Positions 45,134-54,791 of a stretch of DNA of 64,000 nt are shown here, in pieces. A program made the position numbers and the translations under genes. The DNA is from a virus. Lineage: Duplodnaviria > Heunggongvirae > Uroviricota > Caudoviricetes. Numbering within the stretch: the stretch's first letter is position 1; every line of letters starts with the position of its first letter. The DNA lies in the IMG/VR virus record IMGVR_UViG_3300046047_000272, one strand, 5' to 3'. The notes beneath the pieces are model-generated. The model worked only from the letters and a program-made list of their open reading frames with translations, had not been told where the DNA came from and made no database searches.

Positions 45134-47032
45134 ATGCGAAAGACGTTCACCTATGGTGATTTCTGGCCGGTTTCTGATGAACACAATGTGATTGTCCGTG
45201 AAGGACCGGAGACGGTGATACAACCATCGGACATGACGGCAAATCGGTCTATCCTCCAATTCCTAAAGAATCATCGGTATCAGATTGTCCTTGATCCCGC
45301 CCTGGATACGATAGCGGTGACTGATGTTCAACAGCGGAAGATCTCGCTGAATGCGAATTATGATGAATCCGTCCTGAGAGCAGCTTTCATGCATGAGATG
45401 GGTCATCTTGTAGTGTTCAACGTGCATCAATTCTCATCGATTCACCCAGCGACGTATCGATCCATCATCAGTAAGTACATTTATACCTATGATCATGTCA
45501 TCACCTATGGGATGCCAACATTGCTATCCATTGAGAACATCGTTCAGGACATCGTCATTGAAACGATCAGTGACCATTGCGTCTGCGAGGAGTTATACAG
45601 AAGTCTTGGTTATCGATTAGGCGTGAAGCACGCATCGTCATTAGACGCATTATCCGTGGTCACTAAGGAGACGTTGCATCATCTGCTACCAGATCCTGAC
45701 CATCAACCAGACATGGCCATGACTGCATCAACCGTAGATCGCGTCGCATCAGCCGTGGACAGTCTTACACGTGATCTGCAAGCTGATATGGATAGTATCA
45801 CTGATGCTATTCAGAATCAAGAGGACAGTCATGCTCTGACGGCTAGGATCATCGCTCGGAACGCGAAGGATCCATATAACGCGAACGGTAAACCCCGAGA
45901 GGATCCGCGGCCGAACATTGATCATGAAAACATGTTGATTCAACGGCTGAGCAACCAATTAGAGGGCTTGAAAGACTTGCAGGACAGTGAGCCAGATGAA
46001 GAGCGTGCTGAGGCCATCAAGGAGATTACGGACACCCTTGACCAGATGACCTCTAAGGAGCATAGGAATGCATTAGAACAGGATTGGGAGGACAAGTATC
46101 AGAAGAATATTGATCGGTTGCGTGAGAGTCTTGAAAAGGATCGTGAGTTACTAGACGCCATCAAACGATCATGGGAACACGATCAACAGGATTTGCTCGA
46201 TAAGGATGCGAATCAGAGTATGGAGAATGATACTGGTGAGTCCTCAGGCAAGCCATATCTTCATGATCAGCAGGAGCAATTCTGGGATATTCATCTGCCC
46301 GCGCCAATCACTGGTACGAGGGACGAGCTTAGGGATCATGAGTCTATCGTCATCTCGCCGAGAGCTAAGCTCAATATTCGTAAGATCAGAATGTACGATA
46401 ATGATAACGATCAAATGCTTGGTGGTATGAAGCGTCGACCTGAACATGAATACACGTATTTCAAACCAAATAAGAAGGAGATCACGCCACAGGACATGTT
46501 GAAGGGTTCAAGGAAACTTCGCTCTACTGGTGTGAATGTCCTCATTGGATTAGACGTCTCTGGATCAATGACGAATATTTGGATTAACGATTATGAGCGG
46601 ATACGGGATATCGTCCTGCGATTGAAAGACCGTCTAAACATTACGAATGTCCATTATTTCACGTACACGGAGAGTATTGGTAGTCATTCAGATCATTACG
46701 AGGACCTGAGTATTGTTCCTGGTGGAGGCAATGCTTTCGGGTCAGTGTATCAGGAGGTTATGCAACGATGTCCTGTGGGCATGAGGAATGAGATCATTAT
46801 CGTCACTGATTGTAAGGACACGCTTGGCTTCAAGCTGAATCAAGCCTGCGAGATGGTCCGTAATGGTCGGCCGATTCATACGCATATCAGCGTCATCGAT
46901 ACGGAGAACACTGGATATTACGACCGGTCCAATCTTGAGGATCGTGATTGGCGGATCGTCGCGTCAAATAACGATCAGTTGCCAGACATCATCGAATCAA
47001 GTCTTGAGGAGAATATTGATTACGATGTCTAA
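45134..47032 (+). CDS. Metallopeptidase + vWA domain protein (DUF2201-like MoxR partner)
   Basis: HEMGH; MIDAS DVSGS; GGG; IIVTD. Confidence 0.8.
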   Translation: MRKTFTYGDFWPVSDEHNVIVREGPETVIQPSDMTANRSILQFLKNHRYQIVLDPALDTIAVTDVQQRKISLNANYDESVLRAAFMHEMGHLVVFNVHQFSSIHPATYRSIISKYIYTYDHVITYGMPTLLSIENIVQDIVIETISDHCVCEELYRSLGYRLGVKHASSLDALSVVTKETLHHLLPDPDHQPDMAMTASTVDRVASAVDSLTRDLQADMDSITDAIQNQEDSHALTARIIARNAKDPYNANGKPREDPRPNIDHENMLIQRLSNQLEGLKDLQDSEPDEERAEAIKEITDTLDQMTSKEHRNALEQDWEDKYQKNIDRLRESLEKDRELLDAIKRSWEHDQQDLLDKDANQSMENDTGESSGKPYLHDQQEQFWDIHLPAPITGTRDELRDHESIVISPRAKLNIRKIRMYDNDNDQMLGGMKRRPEHEYTYFKPNKKEITPQDMLKGSRKLRSTGVNVLIGLDVSGSMTNIWINDYERIRDIVLRLKDRLNITNVHYFTYTESIGSHSDHYEDLSIVPGGGNAFGSVYQEVMQRCPVGMRNEIIIVTDCKDTLGFKLNQACEMVRNGRPIHTHISVIDTENTGYYDRSNLEDRDWRIVASNNDQLPDIIESSLEENIDYDV

Positions 47033-47065
47033 TCATGGTGTCTGCATGATGGTCAAGACTGGATG

Positions 47066-47196
47066 AGATCTAGTTAGGCTCAGAACACGAGTAAAGATTC
47101 ATGTTCTGAGCCTATTCTGACTGGCGCTGAGCATAAAAGCCCTCAGATGATACGTTATACTAGACGAGACTAGAATCAGGATTAGACGCGAGATCT
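47066..47196 (+). repeat. 131-bp repeat D copy 2
   Basis: Bounded by AGATCT at both ends; hairpin at 47075-47114. Confidence 0.93.
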
Positions 47197-47215
47197 GTCG
47201 TACTGATTCAGGCCG

Positions 47216-47488
47216 TTACAATCTTATGCTACTGACGATAGTCGCCATGACGATACATCCACCGGCAAACCAGAATCCTGCGAGTATCCAGGGGAGATTG
47301 ACGACATGCATGATCGAGGAGAAGAATACGATAGCGAGGACGGCTGCGAGGACACCACAAAAGAGGAAGAGGCCGGCTATCCGTTGTTCGTGTCCGCGGA
47401 ACGCTCTGATGGATCCACGGATCATGACGCCAGCGCTTCCGACAAGCAGTGAACCAATGATGACTAGCATGGCTACGACGATGGACAT
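47216..47488 (-). CDS. Small membrane protein
   Basis: 3 TM segments; GAGGAG RBS; motif promoter. Confidence 0.65.
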   Translation of the reverse strand: MSIVVAMLVIIGSLLVGSAGVMIRGSIRAFRGHEQRIAGLFLFCGVLAAVLAIVFFSSIMHVVNLPWILAGFWFAGGCIVMATIVSSIRL

Positions 47489-47644
47489 GATGACTCCTCA
47501 CGTTGATTGATAGATTCATCATATCATGATATGATGGAGGACACGCGGGTCAAACGCTTATTGTGCGGGTTACATCGATATGATGATGACTCTAATCATG
47601 ATACGATGATAGACAGTACAAATCATGACTGAGGAGGTCAGAAC

Positions 47645-49030
47645 ATGTCTGATATTAAGAATTGGGGATCTGGGCGGTCTAAGCCCATGCACATGAGTAA
47701 TGATGGCGTCATTCGACCATGCACCAGTCAAAGCCAGGCGACCTGCCCGTATCGTCAACAGACCGATACGGCCATAACCAGTCCTGAGACCGATATTGAG
47801 TCTGGCATACTAGCCCAGACAGCAACATGGCTACACGATCAGTTAGACGCTCTGCCAGGGGATCATCCAGCTATACAGGATCTTCGTAGGAGGAGCATAT
47901 CACGATCATTACCCATCTTAGGATGGTGTCCCAGTGGTCGCAGTCTCATGAACATGCTACGATCCAACGGCTACGATGATCTTCACATCTTGAAGTCAGG
48001 ACTCTGTGATACGAAGCCAGGAAGCATAGCCCTGCAACCATTCACCAGTCATGCTCTGACCATTCTCCTGTCCAATATCAATGGCCGACCAGAACGCTTC
48101 TGGAGGAGGGCCTATGACACTGATCAGGGTCGTAGGAAGTATTCTAGTTCGCGGATCACGTCATACCATGATAGGAATGCGTCAGATCTCTTCTACACGA
48201 AGGAAGCCTCGGCCGCATGCCGTCAGCATCATGAGGTCATTGTGATGGAGGGTCAATTCGACGTTCTAGCCACACACGCGGCGGGCGTGAAGCAGACCAT
48301 AGCCGCATCTGGTTGCACGAAGTTCTATCAGGCAGAACTCGACGCTTGTCATCGCCTGTCGAATAATGGTCGTATCGTGCTCTGTCTTGATGACGATGAC
48401 GCTGGTCTGAAAGGCATGCTCATTCTAGGCAGAAGATTTCCTAATGAACCATTTGACGTCTGCCTGCTGCCATCTGGATACGATCCATGTGATTTACGGT
48501 CTGAACGAGGAGATCAAGTCTTGACGCAAGCTCTCCATCGCCGCGTGCCAATCGCCGATCTCATCGTTCAGAGAGGATCATATCAAGATGCGATACAGGC
48601 CATCCATCATCTCCATGGACATGATCAGGACAGATTGATTGCACTGTTATCAGAGAAGAGCGGTCAGTCAGAGAATCGTATACGGGAGCAGGTCAGCAAC
48701 GTGAAGCCATCCCATGTTGCTACTCAGCCAGCGGCCTATAAGGAGCATCGGCGCTGGGTGAAGGCTATGAGCGTGCCGCCAGACAATCATCAGAAAGCCA
48801 AGTCCATCACTGATCGAGCCCAATCATCAGAGTCCTACAATCTCCTTGCGCAACTTGCCGCGGCGTCATATCGTGAAGGCACGGACATTAGTCAGTATCG
48901 TCGAATCATGCCGGCAGCCCTCTTCCAGGAGGATCACAAGGATGAGGTCATGGCCTTAGACGAGCATCAATCCATAGACGATCTTATCGCTAAGGCGAGG
49001 AAGACCATCTGGCGAAAACTCGATCTGTAG
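47645..49030 (+). CDS. DnaG-like TOPRIM primase homologue without a canonical CHC2 finger
   Basis: VMEGQFDV, CLDDDDAG, LPSGYDP. Confidence 0.8.
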   Translation: MSDIKNWGSGRSKPMHMSNDGVIRPCTSQSQATCPYRQQTDTAITSPETDIESGILAQTATWLHDQLDALPGDHPAIQDLRRRSISRSLPILGWCPSGRSLMNMLRSNGYDDLHILKSGLCDTKPGSIALQPFTSHALTILLSNINGRPERFWRRAYDTDQGRRKYSSSRITSYHDRNASDLFYTKEASAACRQHHEVIVMEGQFDVLATHAAGVKQTIAASGCTKFYQAELDACHRLSNNGRIVLCLDDDDAGLKGMLILGRRFPNEPFDVCLLPSGYDPCDLRSERGDQVLTQALHRRVPIADLIVQRGSYQDAIQAIHHLHGHDQDRLIALLSEKSGQSENRIREQVSNVKPSHVATQPAAYKEHRRWVKAMSVPPDNHQKAKSITDRAQSSESYNLLAQLAAASYREGTDISQYRRIMPAALFQEDHKDEVMALDEHQSIDDLIAKARKTIWRKLDL

Positions 49031-49154
49031 ATTCGTCGGCTAGTATGATGAGTAATGGCGTCAATCTTTACGATTTGACGCCATCAGCTAATGACGATGT
49101 GGACACATTCCTATGCTCGTGATGGCACACGATCATGGTCGCCTATTCGTGTAT

Positions 49155-50129
49155 TCACGCCCAGCAATGATCCTCAAGACAACGACGCAGGGCCTTCCGC
49201 GTCATGTTCGGAGCCATGGCCATATGATACGAGCCATCACCAGTATACGACACTAGTCCAAATGTTCTTGGCATAGTGTTCACGATGCTTGTTGGGAAGT
49301 CCTTATCACCCTCAACGTCCTGGGGTCTCTGAGCACCGATGTAAACGGTGTTGACTGGCCCAAGCTGTCTGACCATATCGTTTCGATACGTGATATCCGA
49401 TGATATGATCATGACATAAACATGGGCGAGTTTTGCTATTCGTTCGGACAATAGGCAACGAACCGTATCATACACGCCTCCATCCTCGAAGAATGATGCA
49501 CGCCCCATGTCAAGGACGAGCAGGATACTGGGAACATGATCAAGCACATCTGATTCTTGTCCTAGAGCATGTTTTGCTTCATAATCAGCAATGCGTAACT
49601 GGGCCTCTTCATGTATTCTCAGAACATCACGCTCAAGATTATCAGACAACACGGCGTTCCTTGGCCTAGCGTCCCTGATGAATGACCACTCCGACGTTAA
49701 GCCATCGTCCTCGGCGTCGTACACGCATATAGACCACTCGTCAGGACACGCGCTGAGTGACGATACCACCCATTGAGCATAGTTTGTCTTACCCATGCCG
49801 TGCTCACCCTTGACGAGAATAAACGATGCATTGCGATGACGATCAAGATGAACATGCTGAATGTCCCCATAAACATCGTATCCTAATGGAATAGCCGTTC
49901 TACAATGATCACCACGATATGACTCGGCTTGTCTTGGCCCGCCTTTCTGTAACTTGCGCAATTCAACGCTACGTTTAAGATCGAAGTCCCGAACGCCCTC
50001 GCGTCCAGACATTAATAACCTCATCTCCGATATGAGTTGGAGATCCTCGTCACTATAATTCGGCTTGTCATCGTGAGGACGCAGCCTATACTGACTGTCG
50101 AGATAGTCTTTTGTTGATGAAAACAACAT
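49155..50129 (-). CDS. FtsK/SpoIIIE-like P-loop protein (divergent)
   Basis: IPLG, Walker A GEHGMGKT, ILLVLD. Confidence 0.55.
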   Translation of the reverse strand: MLFSSTKDYLDSQYRLRPHDDKPNYSDEDLQLISEMRLLMSGREGVRDFDLKRSVELRKLQKGGPRQAESYRGDHCRTAIPLGYDVYGDIQHVHLDRHRNASFILVKGEHGMGKTNYAQWVVSSLSACPDEWSICVYDAEDDGLTSEWSFIRDARPRNAVLSDNLERDVLRIHEEAQLRIADYEAKHALGQESDVLDHVPSILLVLDMGRASFFEDGGVYDTVRCLLSERIAKLAHVYVMIISSDITYRNDMVRQLGPVNTVYIGAQRPQDVEGDKDFPTSIVNTMPRTFGLVSYTGDGSYHMAMAPNMTRKALRRCLEDHCWA

Positions 50130-50151
50130 GATATAGTCCTTCTTTGCTACG

Positions 50152-50694
50152 ATGCATCAGTCTTCCCAATGCATCATCTACCCTCGTGCAATACGAGTAA
50201 CGCGAGGCCTTATCGAGAAGATCCGAATCCTTCCGAAGGCCACGATGGATAAGATCAAAGCTGCTTCGAATATCCATTTCATCTATGGTGATGATATTGA
50301 TGCGCAGATCGTCATGAGATCGTTGATAAAGAGCATGAGTAAGGATGATCGAGGTGTCCTAGTGACTGATCATGAGGCCTTCATATGGCCGGGATACGAT
50401 ACGCGTATATGTTCAATCGTCGGAACAGAGAAGGTCTACTCTCATAAGATCGACGTCATTGCTAAGCGTATGCGTGTTGACGCCATCTTCGTTGATGGTG
50501 TCTGGGATGAGGAGACCCTCCGGGCTCTCGTAGCAGCGTCATGCATGGGTATCCAAGTCTACGCGATCATACCGGCCTCCTCAAGAGATCAGAGCACCAG
50601 ACTGCTGCATATGATCTATCATGACGTCATTCGATACGATCATCGTGAATGGCTGTCTATCAATGACGTCATACCCGAGGGACAGGTTTCCTGA
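50152..50694 (+). CDS. Degenerate PilT/VirB11-like ATPase fragment
   Basis: RMRVDAIFVDGVWDEET...AASCMG resembles RxDPDxIxxGExRDxET...AAxTG. Confidence 0.35.
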   Translation: MHQSSQCIIYPRAIRVTRGLIEKIRILPKATMDKIKAASNIHFIYGDDIDAQIVMRSLIKSMSKDDRGVLVTDHEAFIWPGYDTRICSIVGTEKVYSHKIDVIAKRMRVDAIFVDGVWDEETLRALVAASCMGIQVYAIIPASSRDQSTRLLHMIYHDVIRYDHREWLSINDVIPEGQVS

Positions 50695-50758
50695 GCAAGA
50701 AGGCCGCTGATATGGACAGATGAGACCACCAAGTCATGTGTCCATATCACAAGAAGAA

Positions 50759-51331
50759 CAGAACCGCCGGTCTAACGGAAGCTGAGCCAGTACTAGTATA
50801 ATTACTGATCCTCGTGGCTGCGTCCGAGGAAGGCGGCTTAGCATCACGTCTAGGAGTAGGTTCATAGTATGGCCAACTGGGTCTTATGCATCGTGATCGG
50901 AGTAATAGAAGTCAGCTGACGTGGCTTGCTCGTGTTGAGGTGGTCGGCAAGGGTTGGGTGAGTGGTGCCGCTGGGTATCTCAAGGCTGAGTGAACTAAGT
51001 GAGGGTGACCTAGGCATGGGCGCTCCTGCAGAGCGTATTCCTAGGATATGCTTCCTCGTGGACACGGTTTATCGTTGCAGTGCCGCGGTTCTCTAAGATC
51101 GGTTCTGTACACTAGAACATGATGCTTCTCACTAGTTCTACGGAGCAAACAAGCCCTCTGATCGTTGCAGCTTCGCGGGTCTCACATGATCTTAGGAGGT
51201 ATTGCTGAGGTATGACGGTGAGATCGTGTTGAGACGCTCAGAGCCGCCGGTCTAACGCACGCAGACCTAGCGCTCGTGTAAATTACTGATCCTATCCATA
51301 GTGTCCGAGTATGGCGGATTAGGATCATGTC
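50759..51331 (+). repeat. A11 (50759-50851) - variable - B7 (from 51022) - A12 (from 51239)
   Basis: Alignment with the other copies. Confidence 0.95.
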
Positions 51332-51454
51332 AATCCTATATCTACCTTGTACACAGATGGTCCATTTCTATCACATCGTTAAGAAGGTCACAATGTCATT
51401 GAGGTTCAGAAAATATTAGCTCTTGTACTACTCGTAGCCGGTGTCATACTAGCC

Positions 51455-51712
51455 ATGACGCCGTATGCTTGGCTCGCCGTGATTGGTCTCACAGGTGTCT
51501 TCGTCGTAGGACTTATCTATGAGGCGTTATTCGATGATCATGGCACGATCCTGACCTGGATATATTTGACGCTGAGTTTAGTGGTGGCCGCTGCCTCTTC
51601 GGCTATGATCATGACGGGATGCGCATCGATATGGCTCGTCGTCATCGTTACGATGATCGCTCTGGCCGTCTTCTGCCCTTTACCAGCCAGTTCTACCACT
51701 GTCGAGTACTAA
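51455..51712 (+). CDS. Small membrane protein
   Basis: Three hydrophobic segments. Confidence 0.55.
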   Translation: MTPYAWLAVIGLTGVFVVGLIYEALFDDHGTILTWIYLTLSLVVAAASSAMIMTGCASIWLVVIVTMIALAVFCPLPASSTTVEY

Positions 51713-51741
51713 CAATGGTGGCCGGGTAGCATCATCCTGCG

Positions 51742-54471
51742 TCACACGCCACTGTACGAGTCGATCTCATGCTGTAGCTGATCTGCACGATGATGGAATT
51801 GACGATATGCCATCATGATGTCAGCGTTGGTGAACGTACTGATGATCTTATCCTTTGTGATCCTGTCAAATGATGCATCCTCATGTTCAGTTGTGAACTC
51901 GACCAGCCAGATCTCGTGGTAACGCTCTAATTCACCAGTGTTCATGTCCTTAAATCGATAGGCTGTATACTGGATGAGAGCTAGATGTACATAGGCGTAA
52001 TCTAATCCCCCTCCAAAGTCAAAACATGCTGATTCGATTGTTTGATATTGTGCCATGATTCTATATTCCTGTCCCTGTATAGATGATGATTGTCTGTTCT
52101 TGAATAAATTACTGTATATCATTGATCAGCAAGAGATCGTCAGCATGACGCCAAAAGGGGTCTAGTGCTCGACATTGTCTTCGTAGAGTATCCAATCTGA
52201 AAGTGAACTGAGCGTGAGCTTCGACAAGATCCCAATTCGTGACCTTATTGAGAATCATGTCCTCGGTAATGGTGTCAAACGACTCGTACTCATGGCCAGT
52301 GGTCTTCTCCACCAACCAGAACTCACTGAAATACTCTATATGGCCACTCGTACCCGGTCGATACGTCTCATACTGTAGACTCGCAAGATGCGTATACGAC
52401 GCATTAATGCCGTCACTAAAGGCAAAACAGGCTGATTCAACCAGTCGATATGGCGTCATGATATGTTCTTTCGTCATCAATCGTTCACGGACTCTATCGG
52501 GTGAGGATAGCAATTAGTCTACGAGTGGCTTCAATTCTCTGATCATAGGACATGGTTAGAATGTCATCATACATAGCGTTCAATATGAGGTCATGCTGAT
52601 AAGCCTTGATCATGTCAATGGCTTCTTGGACTGTCGTCTGAACGTAGTGATGAGACCAGGTATCCCATTTAAGAATGATGGTCGCTTGGCTGGCGATATC
52701 CTCAGCATGATCATCTTTCGTGATGACTTGAACATCGTTCATGACGACGCCGGGTATGACCTCGTCATCGGGCACATCACGATGTGGGCTTAGGATGAGC
52801 ACGTCACCATAATTCAGCGTAGCCAACGTCCCTGGTCGGCCTGCTGGCTCGATAGTATTATGGTCAAGATCATCAATCTCTGGCTCGGTGGCCATACTCA
52901 TGAGCAGGCTGCCAGCGTCTTCCTTCGTCAGACGGTCAAAATCGTTTGATTTAATGAACGCTGCATAAACCTGCTGATAATGCTTGATCATATCATCAGC
53001 ATCATCCGAGGAATACGGGTCCTCGGCGATCTCCTTGGAGAACGTGATAGCCGCTTGAATATCATAGAATCTCATGACGGTAATATTCGAATAATGATTA
53101 GGTGTCACTTGAATAATGACCATTGCTCCCTGATTTCCAAAGGCCAGTGGCGCGACGTCGATCGATACTCTTCCGGACATGATATTTCCCTTCTAATCAT
53201 ACTATGAACATGGTGCTCATATGATGGTTGTTACTGTTTACAGATTCCTACTCCGCCAGTCGTTCACATTATTGAGGACATCGCGAATCAGCTCGTGCTG
53301 GTCAATGGTCTCACCAAGGTGACGGGCGATATGGGTGCGGTAGGCTCTGACACCAGCATCAATATCTCGCTCGGTGACCTCGGTTACTCGTTCTGATTGC
53401 TGATGCATGCCTATCCTTCCGTTTTGACAGAATCAACTATATCACATGTCTCATCATGTATCGTATAGCGGGTCGTACGAACCGCTATCAGTAACTAGAT
53501 TAGCAGGTCTCCTGCACATCCCTCAGGAATGATGCACGCTCGTCATCTAATAATTGATCCGCATATTTACGGATGCCCTCTATATCAGCGAGTCTCGCGG
53601 CCGCGATAACAGACGCGATGTCGGCATCGGTGGCCTCTGTGAAGTCAACCTGTGGTATGATATGATCATGCTTATCCAACGCCATGCTCATGGATGCGGT
53701 ATATCGAGCATGAGCATCATGAAGGTCGTCAATCATACTATTAATATCGTACAGATCAAGAGATCCTTGTATACTGACCTCCTTATCGTTCGTAATGGTG
53801 TCATCACGAACGCACTCACCATTAAGCGTATGCGTCTTGGTCCTTCCACCCAGGTATCGCTCAGCGAAGGCGTCCTTCAGAGCGGGCATCGAGTACGGTC
53901 CATGGACAATGACGGCTGCGCAGGTGGTGTCATCGTCATCGTAGTCAGTTGTCCACAGGAAGACGACGGATGTCGTCGTATCTGAAGGTGTCATCTGCTG
54001 GCGTCCAGCGATCACATCCTTTTCATCATTCGTGAGCTTCATCTTTCTGGCCATATCGAGGAAGGTGTTGTACGCGTATCCGTGCTTATCGCCCGTGATC
54101 TTACTAGAGTAGGTCGTGTCAAGATAATCGTTGATCAATGCCTTGATCTTATCAGCTCCATGCATGGTCATTTGGACGTTCATCGAGTCGTCTGCTGGCT
54201 GATATTTGACGATATATAATGTTGACGATGCTGGAAAGTCGGCAAACTCAACGTAATCCCAATTGTAGATGGTGATGGTTGATGCATTCTGAATGCTCCC
54301 ATCAGATGCTAGCATCAACTTAGGCAATCCATGCTCCTCAGCAAAGTCAAGTAAGGTCGACTTGGGTATTTTCGTGTCGTTGAGATTCATCACGATGACA
54401 CTCTGATCATCAGTGTAGCTGGTGATCATGCTCATGGATCGTACATCGTTCAGTAATTTGGCGTCAATCAT
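51742..54471 (-). other. Minus-strand hypothetical CDS: paralogous pair (~51742-52056, ~52109-52459), 52494-53180, 53238-53408 (56 aa, not in track), 53500-54471
   Basis: The pair shares ESACF.F..G...Y.HLA..QY..YR...E.WLVE.TT.HE..SFD.IT.D. Confidence 0.65.
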
Positions 54472-54791
54472 GAAGGCTTCCTATCATCTGGCTGTTCTCT
54501 ATCGTCATAATCCATCATAACATTATCATCCGATAAGGCAATTAGACGATGCTACCTGTCAGAAGGCATATCTACCATAGGATTGGTATAGTAAGGAACA
54601 GGCTAAGGCTTGCCGATCTTCGACAGGAGGAGACGATATTCTATGCACGACGCATTACGATTATCCGATGACGACATCATGTCCGCGGTTCTACACAAGT
54701 ATCAGGGATCGTATTCATCCCAGGAGATCTACGATGCCGTTGATCGATGGAGATATGAGCAGCTTGCTCATCTGATTGGTGGTGATCGTTC

